A stretch of 64,000 bases of DNA. Source: Actinomycetota bacterium. GTDB lineage: Bacteria; Actinomycetota; Actinomycetes; JAKEEW01. Positions 26,161 to 35,346 of the stretch are shown in pieces. Position 1 is the first letter of the stretch, and each line of letters opens with the position of its first letter. The notes beneath the pieces were generated by a model. The model ran no database searches and had not been told where the DNA came from. It saw nothing but the letters and a program-made list of their open reading frames with translations. The stretch covers positions 6,937 to 70,936 of the forward strand of contig JBKOZJ010000062.1 of NCBI GenBank assembly GCA_046725875.1, written 5' to 3'. A program made the translations under genes and the position numbers.

Positions 26161-28470
26161 TCAGCGGTAAGGGATCCTGCCCTCAGAGAGGGCGGCGATC
26201 ACGTGTCGGGCGCGGTCCGCTCCCTGCCGTTCACCCGCTTGCTCGAACATTGCGACGGCCTGCTCCAGATGCCGGCGCGCCTCATCGTGTGACCGTTGCG
26301 CCCGAGCAAGGTAGAGGTGGGCGTAGGCCTCCCAGCGCGGGTCACCGAGCGTTCGGGCGAACATAAGAGCCCGCTCCAGGTGCTTGACGGCCTGTTCGAA
26401 CTCTCCATGCTCGTTGTACAGGATGCCGGTCATCAGATCGCTGTACGCGGCATAACCGTCGCTGCCGACCGAGCGGAACAGGTTTCGGCACCCGGCGAGC
26501 AGCGCCAGCGCATCCGCGAAACGGCCCTGGTGGCGGCGGACCTTCGCGAAAAACAGCATCGCTTTCGCCTCACGGTCCGGGTCGCCGAGTCCGCGGCAGA
26601 GCCCGAGAACCTGGTCAAAGCAGGCGGCAGCCTCGGTCAGCCGGCCTTGGCGCCGGTAGGCGCGGGCCAGTCCGATCAGGCTGTCGATCTCACCGGACGT
26701 GTCCCCCAGATTGGAGAAGAGGGCGAGGCTGCATTTGAGGTACTCGACCGACTCGGACGATCGATTCTCAAATCGGCGCAGGTTCCCCAGGCCGCACAAC
26801 AGGGATGCCTCGGCACGCTGGTCGTCCGCGAGTCGCGCGGCACGGAGAGCTACCTGGTAGGTGCGCTCCCATTCATCCCAACACGCGTGCACTTCGAAGA
26901 AGTCCGCGAGGAGCCGGGCGAGCTCCTCGCCCATCCGGCCTAGACCTTCCCGCCACGCCTGATCCAGGCTCACCACCAGACCGGTATGCTCGGCGGCCAG
27001 CCACTGGTACGACCCGGCCAACGTTCCGGAGCCGTCGATGGGAGCAAGCGCTCGCTGGCCCGGCAGCTCCGGGGGCCGAAGCCGAAGCTGGCGGACCGAC
27101 TTCTGGGCGGTCGTGAAGTAGCTCTGCAACGTACGTTCCAATGCGGCACGGCGCTCGGCCGGGCTGTCTTCCACGGCCAGCCGCTCCCGGGCGAACAGGC
27201 GGAGAAGGTCGTGGAACCGGTACCGGACCTGTCCAAGGGCATCCTCACCGACAGCGTCGAGCAGCTGAGCGTCGGCTAGGCGCTCCGCGATGTCTTCCGC
27301 CTCGACGGTTGGGACATCAACGAGCGCCGAGAGCATCCAGGGCGCAAAATCCGGCACCTCGAGCAGGCCGAGAAGCCGAAACGCGCGCCGCTCCCGTGCA
27401 CCGAGGCCTCGATAGCTCAGCGCGACGCTGGCTCGCACCTCCAAGTCGCCCGCACTTAGCTCGTCGAGCCGGCGGTGCTCACCGCCGAGTCGATCGGCCA
27501 ACCGTTGCAACCGCCAGTGTCGCTTTCCGGCCAGTCGCGCGCCCACGACACGCAGTGCGAGCGGCAGGCCTCCGCACATCCTCGCAATCGCCGCAGCCGC
27601 CTGTGGCTCACCCGCTATCCGATCGGCACCAACAATCTTGCCCAGCAGCTCCATCGCCTGCTCCGGCGGGAACACGTCGAGGTCGGTAACGTCTGCTGGT
27701 GGCAGGCCGGTCAGCCGACCACGGCTGGTAACAATGACGATGTTGCGGGGACCCGCCGGCAGCAGCGGGCGGACCTGCCCCTCATCGGCCGCGTTATCGA
27801 GCAGAACCAACGCGCGCAGGTCGGCCAGAAGCGACCGGTAAAGCGCCGCCCGCTCGTCTACAACGTCGGGGATGGAGTGACTGTCGACCCCGAATGCCCG
27901 CAGAAACCCCCTGAGCACCTCCCCCGGGTCGAGTGCCTGCGCCTCAACTCCGCGCAGGTTGACATAAAGCTGGGCGTCCGGGAACAACGAGCGCAGTTGA
28001 TGCGCGAGGTGGATCGCCAGTGTCGTCTTTCCGACCCCTGCCTTTCCGACGACAGCCATGACCATCGCTGCCGTCGAGCCACGTCTGCGGCCCCGCACCC
28101 GGGCCGTGAGTCGCTCCAGCGCCGCATCGCGTCCGGTGAAGTCCTCGATGTCCGGCGGCAGCTGTCGTGGGACCGTACGCGCCGTGGGCAAGGACGCGGC
28201 CACGGCAGAGTCTTCCGTCCGCCCGTTCCCGTCGACAACAGCCTGCTCAATTGCTGCCCGCTCGGCGTCGGTGAGCGCTAGAGCGTCGGCAAGCACTGCA
28301 ATCGAAGATCGACGCGGCCGGTCGACCTTGCCGTGTTCGAGGTCCCTGATGGCCCGGACGCTCATCCCGGATCGGTCGGCCAGCCTCTCCTGGGAAAGGC
28401 CGCGACCCATCCGAAAACCGGCGAGCAGCCGGGAAATCTCGACCCCTCCGTTTGGGTCTGTGTCCGACAC
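26161..28470 (-). CDS. XRE-type HTH + NB-ARC (STAND) ATPase + TPR-repeat regulator
   Basis: The N-terminal HTH is RMGRGLSQERLADRSGMSVRAIRDLEHG. The P-loop is GKAGVGKTTLA, Walker B is LVLLDNA, and GGLPLAL is the NB-ARC signature. The C-terminal ~350 aa consist of TPR-like helical repeats. Confidence 0.88.
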   Translation of the reverse strand: MSDTDPNGGVEISRLLAGFRMGRGLSQERLADRSGMSVRAIRDLEHGKVDRPRRSSIAVLADALALTDAERAAIEQAVVDGNGRTEDSAVAASLPTARTVPRQLPPDIEDFTGRDAALERLTARVRGRRRGSTAAMVMAVVGKAGVGKTTLAIHLAHQLRSLFPDAQLYVNLRGVEAQALDPGEVLRGFLRAFGVDSHSIPDVVDERAALYRSLLADLRALVLLDNAADEGQVRPLLPAGPRNIVIVTSRGRLTGLPPADVTDLDVFPPEQAMELLGKIVGADRIAGEPQAAAAIARMCGGLPLALRVVGARLAGKRHWRLQRLADRLGGEHRRLDELSAGDLEVRASVALSYRGLGARERRAFRLLGLLEVPDFAPWMLSALVDVPTVEAEDIAERLADAQLLDAVGEDALGQVRYRFHDLLRLFARERLAVEDSPAERRAALERTLQSYFTTAQKSVRQLRLRPPELPGQRALAPIDGSGTLAGSYQWLAAEHTGLVVSLDQAWREGLGRMGEELARLLADFFEVHACWDEWERTYQVALRAARLADDQRAEASLLCGLGNLRRFENRSSESVEYLKCSLALFSNLGDTSGEIDSLIGLARAYRRQGRLTEAAACFDQVLGLCRGLGDPDREAKAMLFFAKVRRHQGRFADALALLAGCRNLFRSVGSDGYAAYSDLMTGILYNEHGEFEQAVKHLERALMFARTLGDPRWEAYAHLYLARAQRSHDEARRHLEQAVAMFEQAGERQGADRARHVIAALSEGRIPYR

Positions 28471-28511
28471 GGAGGTACGCCATCCCTCGCAGCGATTTAC
28501 TATCGATCTGA

Positions 28512-28536
28512 TAGTATCAGATCGATATCATATGGT
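28512..28536. promoter_or_regulatory. perfect palindrome ATCGATCTGATA-G-TATCAGATCGAT; candidate operator for the XRE-NB-ARC-TPR gene
   Basis: The 12-bp arms were read directly. It sits in a locally AT-rich patch 42-66 nt upstream of the start codon at 28470. Confidence 0.45.
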
Positions 28537-28650
28537 CGAGGGGTATTTCGTGCCTCCGGCCATCCCACGCGGCCCCGTCGCCCCGGAAGCGGTCTCGTTC
28601 GGCCACGGCCACCTCTCTCGCCAGTTCAGGGGGACCGTTGGCACACGCAT

Positions 28651-29307
28651 TCAGCGACGGCCGAGCTCGCCCCTGAAGGCCTTGGTGAACGTGTTGATCG
28701 CGTTCGGTTTACCGACAAGTTGCAGCTCATTCCCGACTTCGCGGGATGCGCGGGGCCTCGTCAAGAACCGGGCCCAGGCGTCGGGAGTCGCGTCCACAAT
28801 CACGCTGGGATCCTCGGCACCACCCCGCGATAGCGTCCAGACGCCCCCCTCGAAGCTGAGTGTGTAGGCGTCATCAAGGGGAAATCGCCAAACCCAGGTA
28901 ACCGGCTCACCGGGGGCGGCATTCCGATCCAGCCACGCTTTGGTGCCGATCATCGTCGGTATCGGATAGACCGGCTCGCCCGCCCGCGGCGGCTCCAAGG
29001 CGTGCTCGATCCCCCAAAGTGTCAATGCCCCGACCACCGGCCCCAGAGCATCGCCCGCCGCCGTCAGCCGGTACCAGACCTCTCGTCCATGTGCTGGCTG
29101 CTCGCGGGTGACAACGCCCTCGGCCTCGAGCTGGCGAAGGCGATTGGTCAGTGTCGTCGGTGTTATGTCGGCGAGGCCGCGGGCCAGATCAGTGAACCGT
29201 CGCGGTCCGAGACTTAGATCTCGCACGATCAACAGCGACCATCGCTCGCCTACCACCTCGAGCGCCCGCGCCATCATGCAGAAGTGCCGATATGTGTGAG
29301 TATCCAT
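28651..29307 (-). CDS. HxlR-type winged-helix regulator with a ~110-aa C-terminal extension (paralog 1)
   Basis: FCMMARALEVVGERWSLLIVRDLSLGPRRFTDLARGLADITPTTLTNRLRQLEAEGVV is the HxlR pattern. I take the start as ATG 29307. It is a near-duplicate of 30010-30660. Confidence 0.8.
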   Translation of the reverse strand: MDTHTYRHFCMMARALEVVGERWSLLIVRDLSLGPRRFTDLARGLADITPTTLTNRLRQLEAEGVVTREQPAHGREVWYRLTAAGDALGPVVGALTLWGIEHALEPPRAGEPVYPIPTMIGTKAWLDRNAAPGEPVTWVWRFPLDDAYTLSFEGGVWTLSRGGAEDPSVIVDATPDAWARFLTRPRASREVGNELQLVGKPNAINTFTKAFRGELGRR

Positions 29308-29583
29308 GCACTCCCCTGGCGGCCCCATCAACCTCTCGTGCCGTAGCGATAGCCGCGTTTCGGTCCGCGGTCACCCGCGTTCGTGGCGGGCGATTTAGGA
29401 CGGCGGAGTCGACGATACTTGATCGCCTTCCCAGCCGCCGCAGCCCTTGGCTGATCGTGTGCAGCGGTGTAGGTGGCTCGGATCACGCATGGGGAAGCGC
29501 GGCCTTCAGGCTCGGTCCGGAGAGGCTGCGTGCTGTCCTGCGCCGACGCCTGATGGCCGCCGGTTTGGATGTCCCCTGCATGT

Positions 29584-29640
29584 TCATTCGGTGCAGCGGC
29601 CGGCGCAGGGCCAAAGCACGGTGTTATGCGGACGAGAAAA
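29584..29640 (-). pseudogene. ~19-codon 3' remnant of an SDR gene (copy of the 3' end of 30853-31626)
   Basis: TCATTCGGTGCAGCGGCCGGCGCAGGGCCAAAGCACGGTGTTATGCGGACGAGAAA aligns with 30853-30908, and homology then stops. Confidence 0.4.
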
Positions 29641-29711
29641 CATCGTCACTCCGACACGCCCCGCGCCCTCGAATATTCGATGTCTCGCAAATGGTCATTC
29701 GATCCTGGCTG

Positions 29712-29866
29712 CGATCGGGCAGTGTGCCGAGACCAAGAGTCTGGGCACTGACCAGATCAACCAATATGCCAAAACCGTGACCAGGACGGCCGATTCGTCA
29801 AGGTCTCAGCACATTGCCCGATCGCGATTCCTCGAAAACTCACGGTCCTCGCGCACCGCCTGATCT
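29712..29866. repeat. nested-palindrome repeat, copy 2
   Basis: It has the same four-box architecture as 17770-17925, with about a dozen substitutions or indels by eye. The flanks also match the 17.7 kb and 18.96-19.04 kb regions. Confidence 0.7.
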
Positions 29867-30009
29867 CCGAGGACGGCGATGATCGACTCGGCCGTCGCGA
29901 GCTGCCCGGACAGCCCGCAGAGCGTCGCTGGCGCGCCGAGTTCACACGTAAGACCTGAGCGACCGCCGCGACTCACCTCACAACTCGGCCGCACAGGGCC
30001 AGTTTGCGC

Positions 30010-30660
30010 TCAGCTAGCGGTGAGCTCCTCCGTGAACGCCTTGGTGAACGCGTTGATCGCGTTCGGTTTACCGACAAGTTGGACCTCATTCCCGAGCTGC
30101 CGGGATCTGCGGGGCGCGGTGAAGAACCGGGCCCAGGCGTCGGGGGTCGCGTCCACAATCACGCTGGGATCCTCGGCAGCACCCGGCAGTAGCGTCCAGA
30201 CATACCCGTCGAAGCTGAGTGTGAAGGCGTCATCAGGGGGAAATCGCCAGACCCAGGTAACCGGCTCACCGGGGGAGACGTACCGATCCAGCCACGCTTT
30301 GGTGCCGATCATCGTCGGTATCGGATAGACCGGCTCCCAGGCCCGCGGCGGCTCCAGGGCATGCTCGATTCCCCAAAGTGTCAATGCCTCGATCACCGGT
30401 CCCAGGTCATCACCCGCCGCGGTCAGCCGGTACCAGACCTCCCGCCCATGTGCTGGTTGCTCGCGGGTGACAACGCCCTCGGCCTCGAGGTGGCGAAGGC
30501 GATTGGTCAGTGTCGTCGGTGTTATGTCGGCGAGGCCGCGGGCCAGATCGGTGAACCGTCGCGGTCCGAGACTTAGATCTCGCACGATCAACAGCGACCA
30601 TCGCTCGCCTACCACCTCGAGCGCTCGTGCAATCACGCAGAAGTGCCGATATGCAAGCAT
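30010..30660 (-). CDS. HxlR-type winged-helix regulator with a C-terminal extension (paralog 2)
   Basis: It is the same protein as 28651-29307 apart from scattered substitutions and a different last ~8 aa. ATG is at 30660 (MLAYRHFCVIARALEVVGERW...). Confidence 0.8.
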   Translation of the reverse strand: MLAYRHFCVIARALEVVGERWSLLIVRDLSLGPRRFTDLARGLADITPTTLTNRLRHLEAEGVVTREQPAHGREVWYRLTAAGDDLGPVIEALTLWGIEHALEPPRAWEPVYPIPTMIGTKAWLDRYVSPGEPVTWVWRFPPDDAFTLSFDGYVWTLLPGAAEDPSVIVDATPDAWARFFTAPRRSRQLGNEVQLVGKPNAINAFTKAFTEELTAS

Positions 30661-30852
30661 CCATGCACTCCCCTGACGCGCTAAGGTGCCGATCGTTGCA
30701 AGGACGGGTGCAGTTGGGGTGCGCGCCACCCGCAGCCGGCCGCTTCTCGGCTCAGACAAGGGGAGCTTCCCGGCTTTCCGGCTCGGTCTGGAGAGGTTGC
30801 GTACTGTCTTGCGCCGACGGCCTGATGGCCGCGGGTTGGGCTCCCCGCGTGT

Positions 30853-31626
30853 TCATGCGGTGCAGCAGCCGGCGCAGGCAAAGCGCGGCGTTATGCGGAC
30901 GAGAAAGGACACCAAGAACTTGTAGCGGAGGCTGTACACGGCAACCGGCTTGCCGCGCCGCATCGCCCGATAACCGGAACGAGCCACCTCAGCCGGGCCG
31001 ACGCTCGTGGTGGCCATGTAGTTGGTCGGCGCGATCTGGGCTCCGCGGACGAACGGGGTGTCCACCGGCGGTGGGCAGAGCGCCGTCACATGCACGCCGC
31101 TACCGCGCAACTCCTCGATGAGCGCCTCGGAAAACGCGAGCACGTAGTGCTTCGTGGCGAAGTACACGCTCATCAGCGGGCCAGGCACGAAGCTGGTCAC
31201 CGATGCCACGTTCAGGATGTGTCCATCTCGTCGCTCCAGCATCGCCGGCAGGAACAGACGAGTGAGCCCGGTCAGGGCCGTAATGTTGAGTCCGATCATT
31301 CGCTCCTGCTTGGCCCGGTCGCTCGTCGCAAACTCGCCGTAATCGCCGAAGCCCGCATTGTTGATCAGGCAGTCCACCTCCGCGCCCAACGCCTGAACTT
31401 GCTGGTAGACCTCCGCGGCGGCACCAGGCCGGCTCAGATCGTTGGCGATCGTGTGCACTGTGACACTCCGCCCCAACTCTCCGGCTGCCGAGTCAAGGCC
31501 AGGGACCTGCCGAGCGACCAAGATGAGCTGGCGTCCGTCTGCCGCGGCCCGGCGAGCCAGCTCCAGTCCAATCCCGCTGGTGGCGCCGGTTATCAGGGTG
31601 AAAGTTGACCGGGTTTCGTTGGTCAT
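30853..31626 (-). CDS. SDR family oxidoreductase
   Basis: It has ITGATSGIGLELARR, NNAG, and YFATKHY (YxxxK). Confidence 0.9.
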   Translation of the reverse strand: MTNETRSTFTLITGATSGIGLELARRAAADGRQLILVARQVPGLDSAAGELGRSVTVHTIANDLSRPGAAAEVYQQVQALGAEVDCLINNAGFGDYGEFATSDRAKQERMIGLNITALTGLTRLFLPAMLERRDGHILNVASVTSFVPGPLMSVYFATKHYVLAFSEALIEELRGSGVHVTALCPPPVDTPFVRGAQIAPTNYMATTSVGPAEVARSGYRAMRRGKPVAVYSLRYKFLVSFLVRITPRFACAGCCTA

Positions 31627-31677
31627 CGACAGATCTCCTTGAACTTGCCGGTTCCCGTCCTTGACAGTCGACGCGGG

Positions 31678-32088
31678 CTACTGCGGGTGCGTGTCATCGG
31701 TTGGCGGCGGCGGGGTCCGCACGTTGTGACGATCGGCGATGTCGCGGATCGCTGCCGCGAGGAGATCCGGGTGCTCGCTGGTGGTGAGGTGGCCGCCCGG
31801 GAAGGTCAGCACATCGGCCCGCGGCACGCGCTCGCGGGCGGCCCGGATCTGCCGGTGCTCGTAGGCGTCCTCCTCGCTGCCGCCGACGTAGAGGGCGACC
31901 GCGCCGTCCATGTCGCGGGCGATCACGCCAAGGTCACGCTCGAAAACCCGAAGCGCGCCCGCGGTTGCCGCGGCCTCCGCCTCGGTCAATACGCGCGCCG
32001 AGTTCGGGTCGTACCAAATGCGCTCGCCACCCGCGAACCACTCCGCAGCCGTCACGCGCGCCAGATTCTGCCGAGGCAACCTAGTCAA
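31678..32088 (-). CDS. hypothetical protein (resembles the C-terminal half of an alpha/beta hydrolase)
   Basis: The 136-aa ORF has GC3-rich codons. The tail VLTFPGGHLTTSEHPDLLAAAIRDI looks like the catalytic-His end of alpha/beta hydrolases, but no nucleophile elbow is present. Confidence 0.5.
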   Translation of the reverse strand: MTRLPRQNLARVTAAEWFAGGERIWYDPNSARVLTEAEAAATAGALRVFERDLGVIARDMDGAVALYVGGSEEDAYEHRQIRAARERVPRADVLTFPGGHLTTSEHPDLLAAAIRDIADRHNVRTPPPPTDDTHPQ

Positions 32089-32188
32089 TCTTCCTGAGTG
32101 TCACGTCCATCGCCAGCCGCCACATCTCCCGGTCGTTGGTTTGCCACTGCGGCTCAACACTGGTTCCGGGGTTTGAGCGAAGCCTGGT

Positions 32189-32257
32189 CCTTGCTCGGCA
32201 GATCGCCAAGGCAGAACGACCGGCAGATACCGGCAACTTCGACGGCGATCGTTTTGG
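32189..32257 (-). promoter_or_regulatory. CTGCC-box leader-like element, copy E (minus strand)
   Basis: The reverse complement reads CCAAAACGATCGCCGTCGAAGTTGCCGGTATCTGCCGGTCGTTCTGCCTTGG, then hairpin CCTTG...CAAGG, then CTTCGCTCA. It faces the minus-strand gene that starts at 32088. Confidence 0.5.
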
Positions 32258-32337
32258 GTCTCGGTGCTGTCCCATCCCGTGGTCGCGGCGGTTGCCATCG
32301 ACGCCGATCTGGAAAGCACGAAACCCTCCACATGCAG

Positions 32338-32428
32338 CCGAGAACGGATCTCCGGTACGAAACTGCCGGTGTTCTGCCGGATGATCTGCCTTGTCCGGCG
32401 CCGGACGCATGCCGCACGCTCGCTGAGG
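32338..32428 (+). promoter_or_regulatory. CTGCC-box leader-like element, copy B
   Basis: The sequence reads CCGAGAACGGATCTCCGG-TAC-GAAACTGCCGGTGTTCTGCCGGATGATCTGCCTTG, then hairpin GTCCG-GCGC-CGGAC, then GCTCGCTGAGG. It ends 160 nt upstream of GTG 32588. Confidence 0.55.
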
Positions 32429-32587
32429 ACCCCGGCCACGGCCTGGGCCGGTAGCACATCCGGACACTCGCGGTGGTCGCCGACTCCGGAAAGCCCGCAA
32501 CGCCGGCCGCCGCCGGGCTCACCCTGCGGCGGGGCGAAGGTTCACCCGGTGCAGACGCACAGCAGCACGGAAGACGTAGGGGGACCA

Positions 32588-34768
32588 GTGTTTTCTCGGC
32601 TGGCAGACCTGATCAACCGCCGTCCGTGGCAGTTGCTGGCGGTCATCTTTGTGGTGACCGCCATCGCCGCCCCGCTCGGGGGAAGCGTCCGCGAACATCT
32701 CAAGCCTCGCGGCTTCGACGTGGCCGGCTCCAGCAGCGCCGAGGCACGCGAGACCATCGCCGCGGCCGCCGCGATCGATCCGGCAAACAGCGTCCTCGCT
32801 TTGGTGCGCCTCGGCGCTCCAATCAGCACGGCCACCGCACAGCGAACAATCGCGGCCGTTGAGACGAAGCTCCGCAATGATCCGGCGGTCGCCGCCGTCC
32901 TCGACTGGCGCTCGGCTCGCAATCCAGCCATGGTCGGGCGGGACGGTCGCTCGACCTACCTGATCGCAGCGTTTCGGCCGTTGGAAGACGAGCAGCAAGA
33001 GGAGGCCGGGAAGCGGCTAGTCGCCACCTTCGCCGACGACCCACAGGTTCGGCTGGGCGGCAACCCGGTGGCGAACCACGAGATCTCCAAAACCATCGAG
33101 GACGACCTGCGCCGGGCCGAGCTGCTGGCCGTGCCGCTGATCGTGCTGCTGTCGTTTTTCATCTTCCGTGGCTTTGTGGCGAGCCTGCTCGCGCCGCTCG
33201 CGGGCGGCATCACCGTCATTGTCAGCTTCTTCCTGCTGCGCGAGCTGGCCTCGCTCACCTCACTGTCGATCTACGCGCTCAATCTGGTCACCGGGTTGTC
33301 GATCGGGCTGTCGATCGACTGGAGCCTGCTGCTCGTCTCCCGCTACCGCGAGGAGCGCGCGCGGACGGCCGACCTGCAGCTCGCGCTGCGCCGCGCACTT
33401 ATCCGCGCCGGCCATACGATCCTGTACAGCGCCGCCACGGTGGCCGCCGCGATGGCGACGCTGCTCGTGTTCCCACTGCGTTTCCTGCGATCGATGGGCT
33501 ACGGCGGGGTGATCGCCGCGACCGTGGCGATGCTCGCCGCAATCATCGTGCTGCCGGTCGTGCTGCGGCTGCTCGGACCACGGGTAGACGCGCTGACCCT
33601 GCCGCGTTGGCGCGACCCGAAGCGGCTGGCCCGGCCGGCACCCTTCTGGCGCGGCGTCGGTCGCCTCGCAACCCGATATCCGATCCCGGTGGCGACCATC
33701 GTCGTGGTCGTGCTGCTCGCGGTCGCGACACCGGTGTTCCGCGTGCAGTGGACGACAGTCGATGCGAGCACTCTGCCGACATCTGCGCAAGCGTTCCAGG
33801 CCGACCGGGCAATTAATCACTCCAGCGAATTCGTGCCCAACGCCGGTACACCGTTCTACCTCGCCGTCAAGGCCCCGGCGGACGCCGGCGCATCGGTGGC
33901 GGCCGTCGCCAAGAGCGCGCGCGAGCTCGACGGCATACGCGCCGTCGCACCGCCGCAGCGCCTGGGCACCGACACCTGGCAGATCAACTTGGTCGCGCGC
34001 GATACCCCCTTCAGCGACTCGACCCAACGCCTGGTCGGCGATCTACGTGCGCTCAAAACCGGCCTACCGCTCTTCGTCGGCGGCGACGCCGCTGCGTTCT
34101 ATGACGAACGCGCCGCGATCGGCTCCAACCTCCCGATTGCGATCGCACTCCTCAGCGTCGCGACGCTGATCATCCTCTTCCTACTCTCGGGCTCGATCGT
34201 CGCGCCGCCGCTCGCCCTGCTGATGAATGCGCTCACGCTCGCCGCGGCGTTTGGAGCACTGACTCTGATCTTCCAGGACGGGCGCTTCGAGTCGCTGCTC
34301 AGCTATACCAGCCAAGGCGCGCTCGATCTCACCATCCCGCTGGTGTTGGCCGCGCTCGTCTTCGCCATCTCCACCGACTATGGCGTCTTCCTGCTCAGCC
34401 GCATCCGCGAGGCACGACTCCACGGCCGAACCGAGCGCGAAGCGATCAGCGGCAGCGTCGCCACCGTCGGTCGCATCGTCACCTCCGCCGCGGTCCTGTT
34501 CGCCGTATCGATCGGCATCTTCGGCACCTCGAACATCGTCGTCCTGAAGATCCTTGGCATCGGCACCGCCATCGCGGTGCTCGCGGACGCGCTGCTCGTC
34601 CGCTGCCTCCTCCTCCCCGCCGCGCTCACCCTGCTGGGCCGCCGCACCTGGCTGCTGCCCCGCTCGCTCTCGCGGCTCTATTGGCGGATCGGCCTGCACG
34701 AAGAAGACGACGCCGCCCCCGTGACGCCCGAGATCCCTGACCTAGCCGAAGGCAGAATGAGCGGATGA
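32588..34768 (+). CDS. MMPL family (RND-superfamily) transporter
   Basis: GTG 32588 follows GGGGGA. The N-terminus is VFSRLADLINRRPWQLL, typical of MMPL proteins. There are two 6-TM bundles with large extracytoplasmic loops. The 834-aa track ORF is an upstream run-on. Confidence 0.9.
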   Translation: MFSRLADLINRRPWQLLAVIFVVTAIAAPLGGSVREHLKPRGFDVAGSSSAEARETIAAAAAIDPANSVLALVRLGAPISTATAQRTIAAVETKLRNDPAVAAVLDWRSARNPAMVGRDGRSTYLIAAFRPLEDEQQEEAGKRLVATFADDPQVRLGGNPVANHEISKTIEDDLRRAELLAVPLIVLLSFFIFRGFVASLLAPLAGGITVIVSFFLLRELASLTSLSIYALNLVTGLSIGLSIDWSLLLVSRYREERARTADLQLALRRALIRAGHTILYSAATVAAAMATLLVFPLRFLRSMGYGGVIAATVAMLAAIIVLPVVLRLLGPRVDALTLPRWRDPKRLARPAPFWRGVGRLATRYPIPVATIVVVVLLAVATPVFRVQWTTVDASTLPTSAQAFQADRAINHSSEFVPNAGTPFYLAVKAPADAGASVAAVAKSARELDGIRAVAPPQRLGTDTWQINLVARDTPFSDSTQRLVGDLRALKTGLPLFVGGDAAAFYDERAAIGSNLPIAIALLSVATLIILFLLSGSIVAPPLALLMNALTLAAAFGALTLIFQDGRFESLLSYTSQGALDLTIPLVLAALVFAISTDYGVFLLSRIREARLHGRTEREAISGSVATVGRIVTSAAVLFAVSIGIFGTSNIVVLKILGIGTAIAVLADALLVRCLLLPAALTLLGRRTWLLPRSLSRLYWRIGLHEEDDAAPVTPEIPDLAEGRMSG

Positions 34769-35346
34769 ATCGAGGGCCCGCGGAGGGCGAATCGGCGGGC
34801 AAGTACGCGCGGTTCGAGTTCGAACGCCGCTTCCTCGTCGACTACCTCCCCGACACAATCGCCAGGGGTCGGGGCTGGCGCATCACGGACCGCTACATCG
34901 ACAACACGCACCTGCGGCTCCGCCGCATGGAGCCGATCGGCGACGGCGAAGCGGCCTACAAACTAGGGCAGAAGCACGTCCCGAACCCGCCTGACTTTGC
35001 CCGGATGAGGATCACGAACATCTACCTCCAGGCTGACGAATACCACGTCTTCGCGCGGCTACCCGCGCATGAACTGCGAAAGCATCGCCATCTGCTGGAA
35101 GCCGACGGACGTACGTACAGCATCGATATCTTCGACGGCCCCCTCGCCGGCCTGGTCCTCGCCGAGACCGGGTTCACGACCAGCCAGGACATGATCGTAC
35201 GAGTGCACCTCCCGCCTTGGATCGCCCGGGAGGTATCTGACGACGTTCGTTTCACGGGCGGCACGCTTGCGGCGCTCACGCCCGTCGCCGCGGCAAACCT
35301 TATCCAGGAATTCACCGGCACATCCCGTCGGCGAGGCTCCGGCTAA
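34765..35346 (+). CDS. CYTH-domain protein (triphosphate tunnel metalloenzyme family)
   Basis: The N-terminal ExExK-type signature is FEFERRFLV, followed by later acidic strands. The start overlaps the MMPL stop (ATGA). Confidence 0.72.
   Translation: MNRGPAEGESAGKYARFEFERRFLVDYLPDTIARGRGWRITDRYIDNTHLRLRRMEPIGDGEAAYKLGQKHVPNPPDFARMRITNIYLQADEYHVFARLPAHELRKHRHLLEADGRTYSIDIFDGPLAGLVLAETGFTTSQDMIVRVHLPPWIAREVSDDVRFTGGTLAALTPVAAANLIQEFTGTSRRRGSG

Noticed and set aside
32338-32428. Similarity of GGTGTTC...GATGATCTGCC to the fluoride (crcB), cobalamin B12-box or TPP riboswitch consensus
   Set aside because: The resemblance is only short and partial. The defining segments are absent (AACCGCC and the pseudoknot for fluoride; GGGAA...CCCGC for cobalamin; CTGAGA...ACCTGA for TPP). 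The downstream genes are also not the expected ones. This is a judgement from memory and should still be tested with cmscan.
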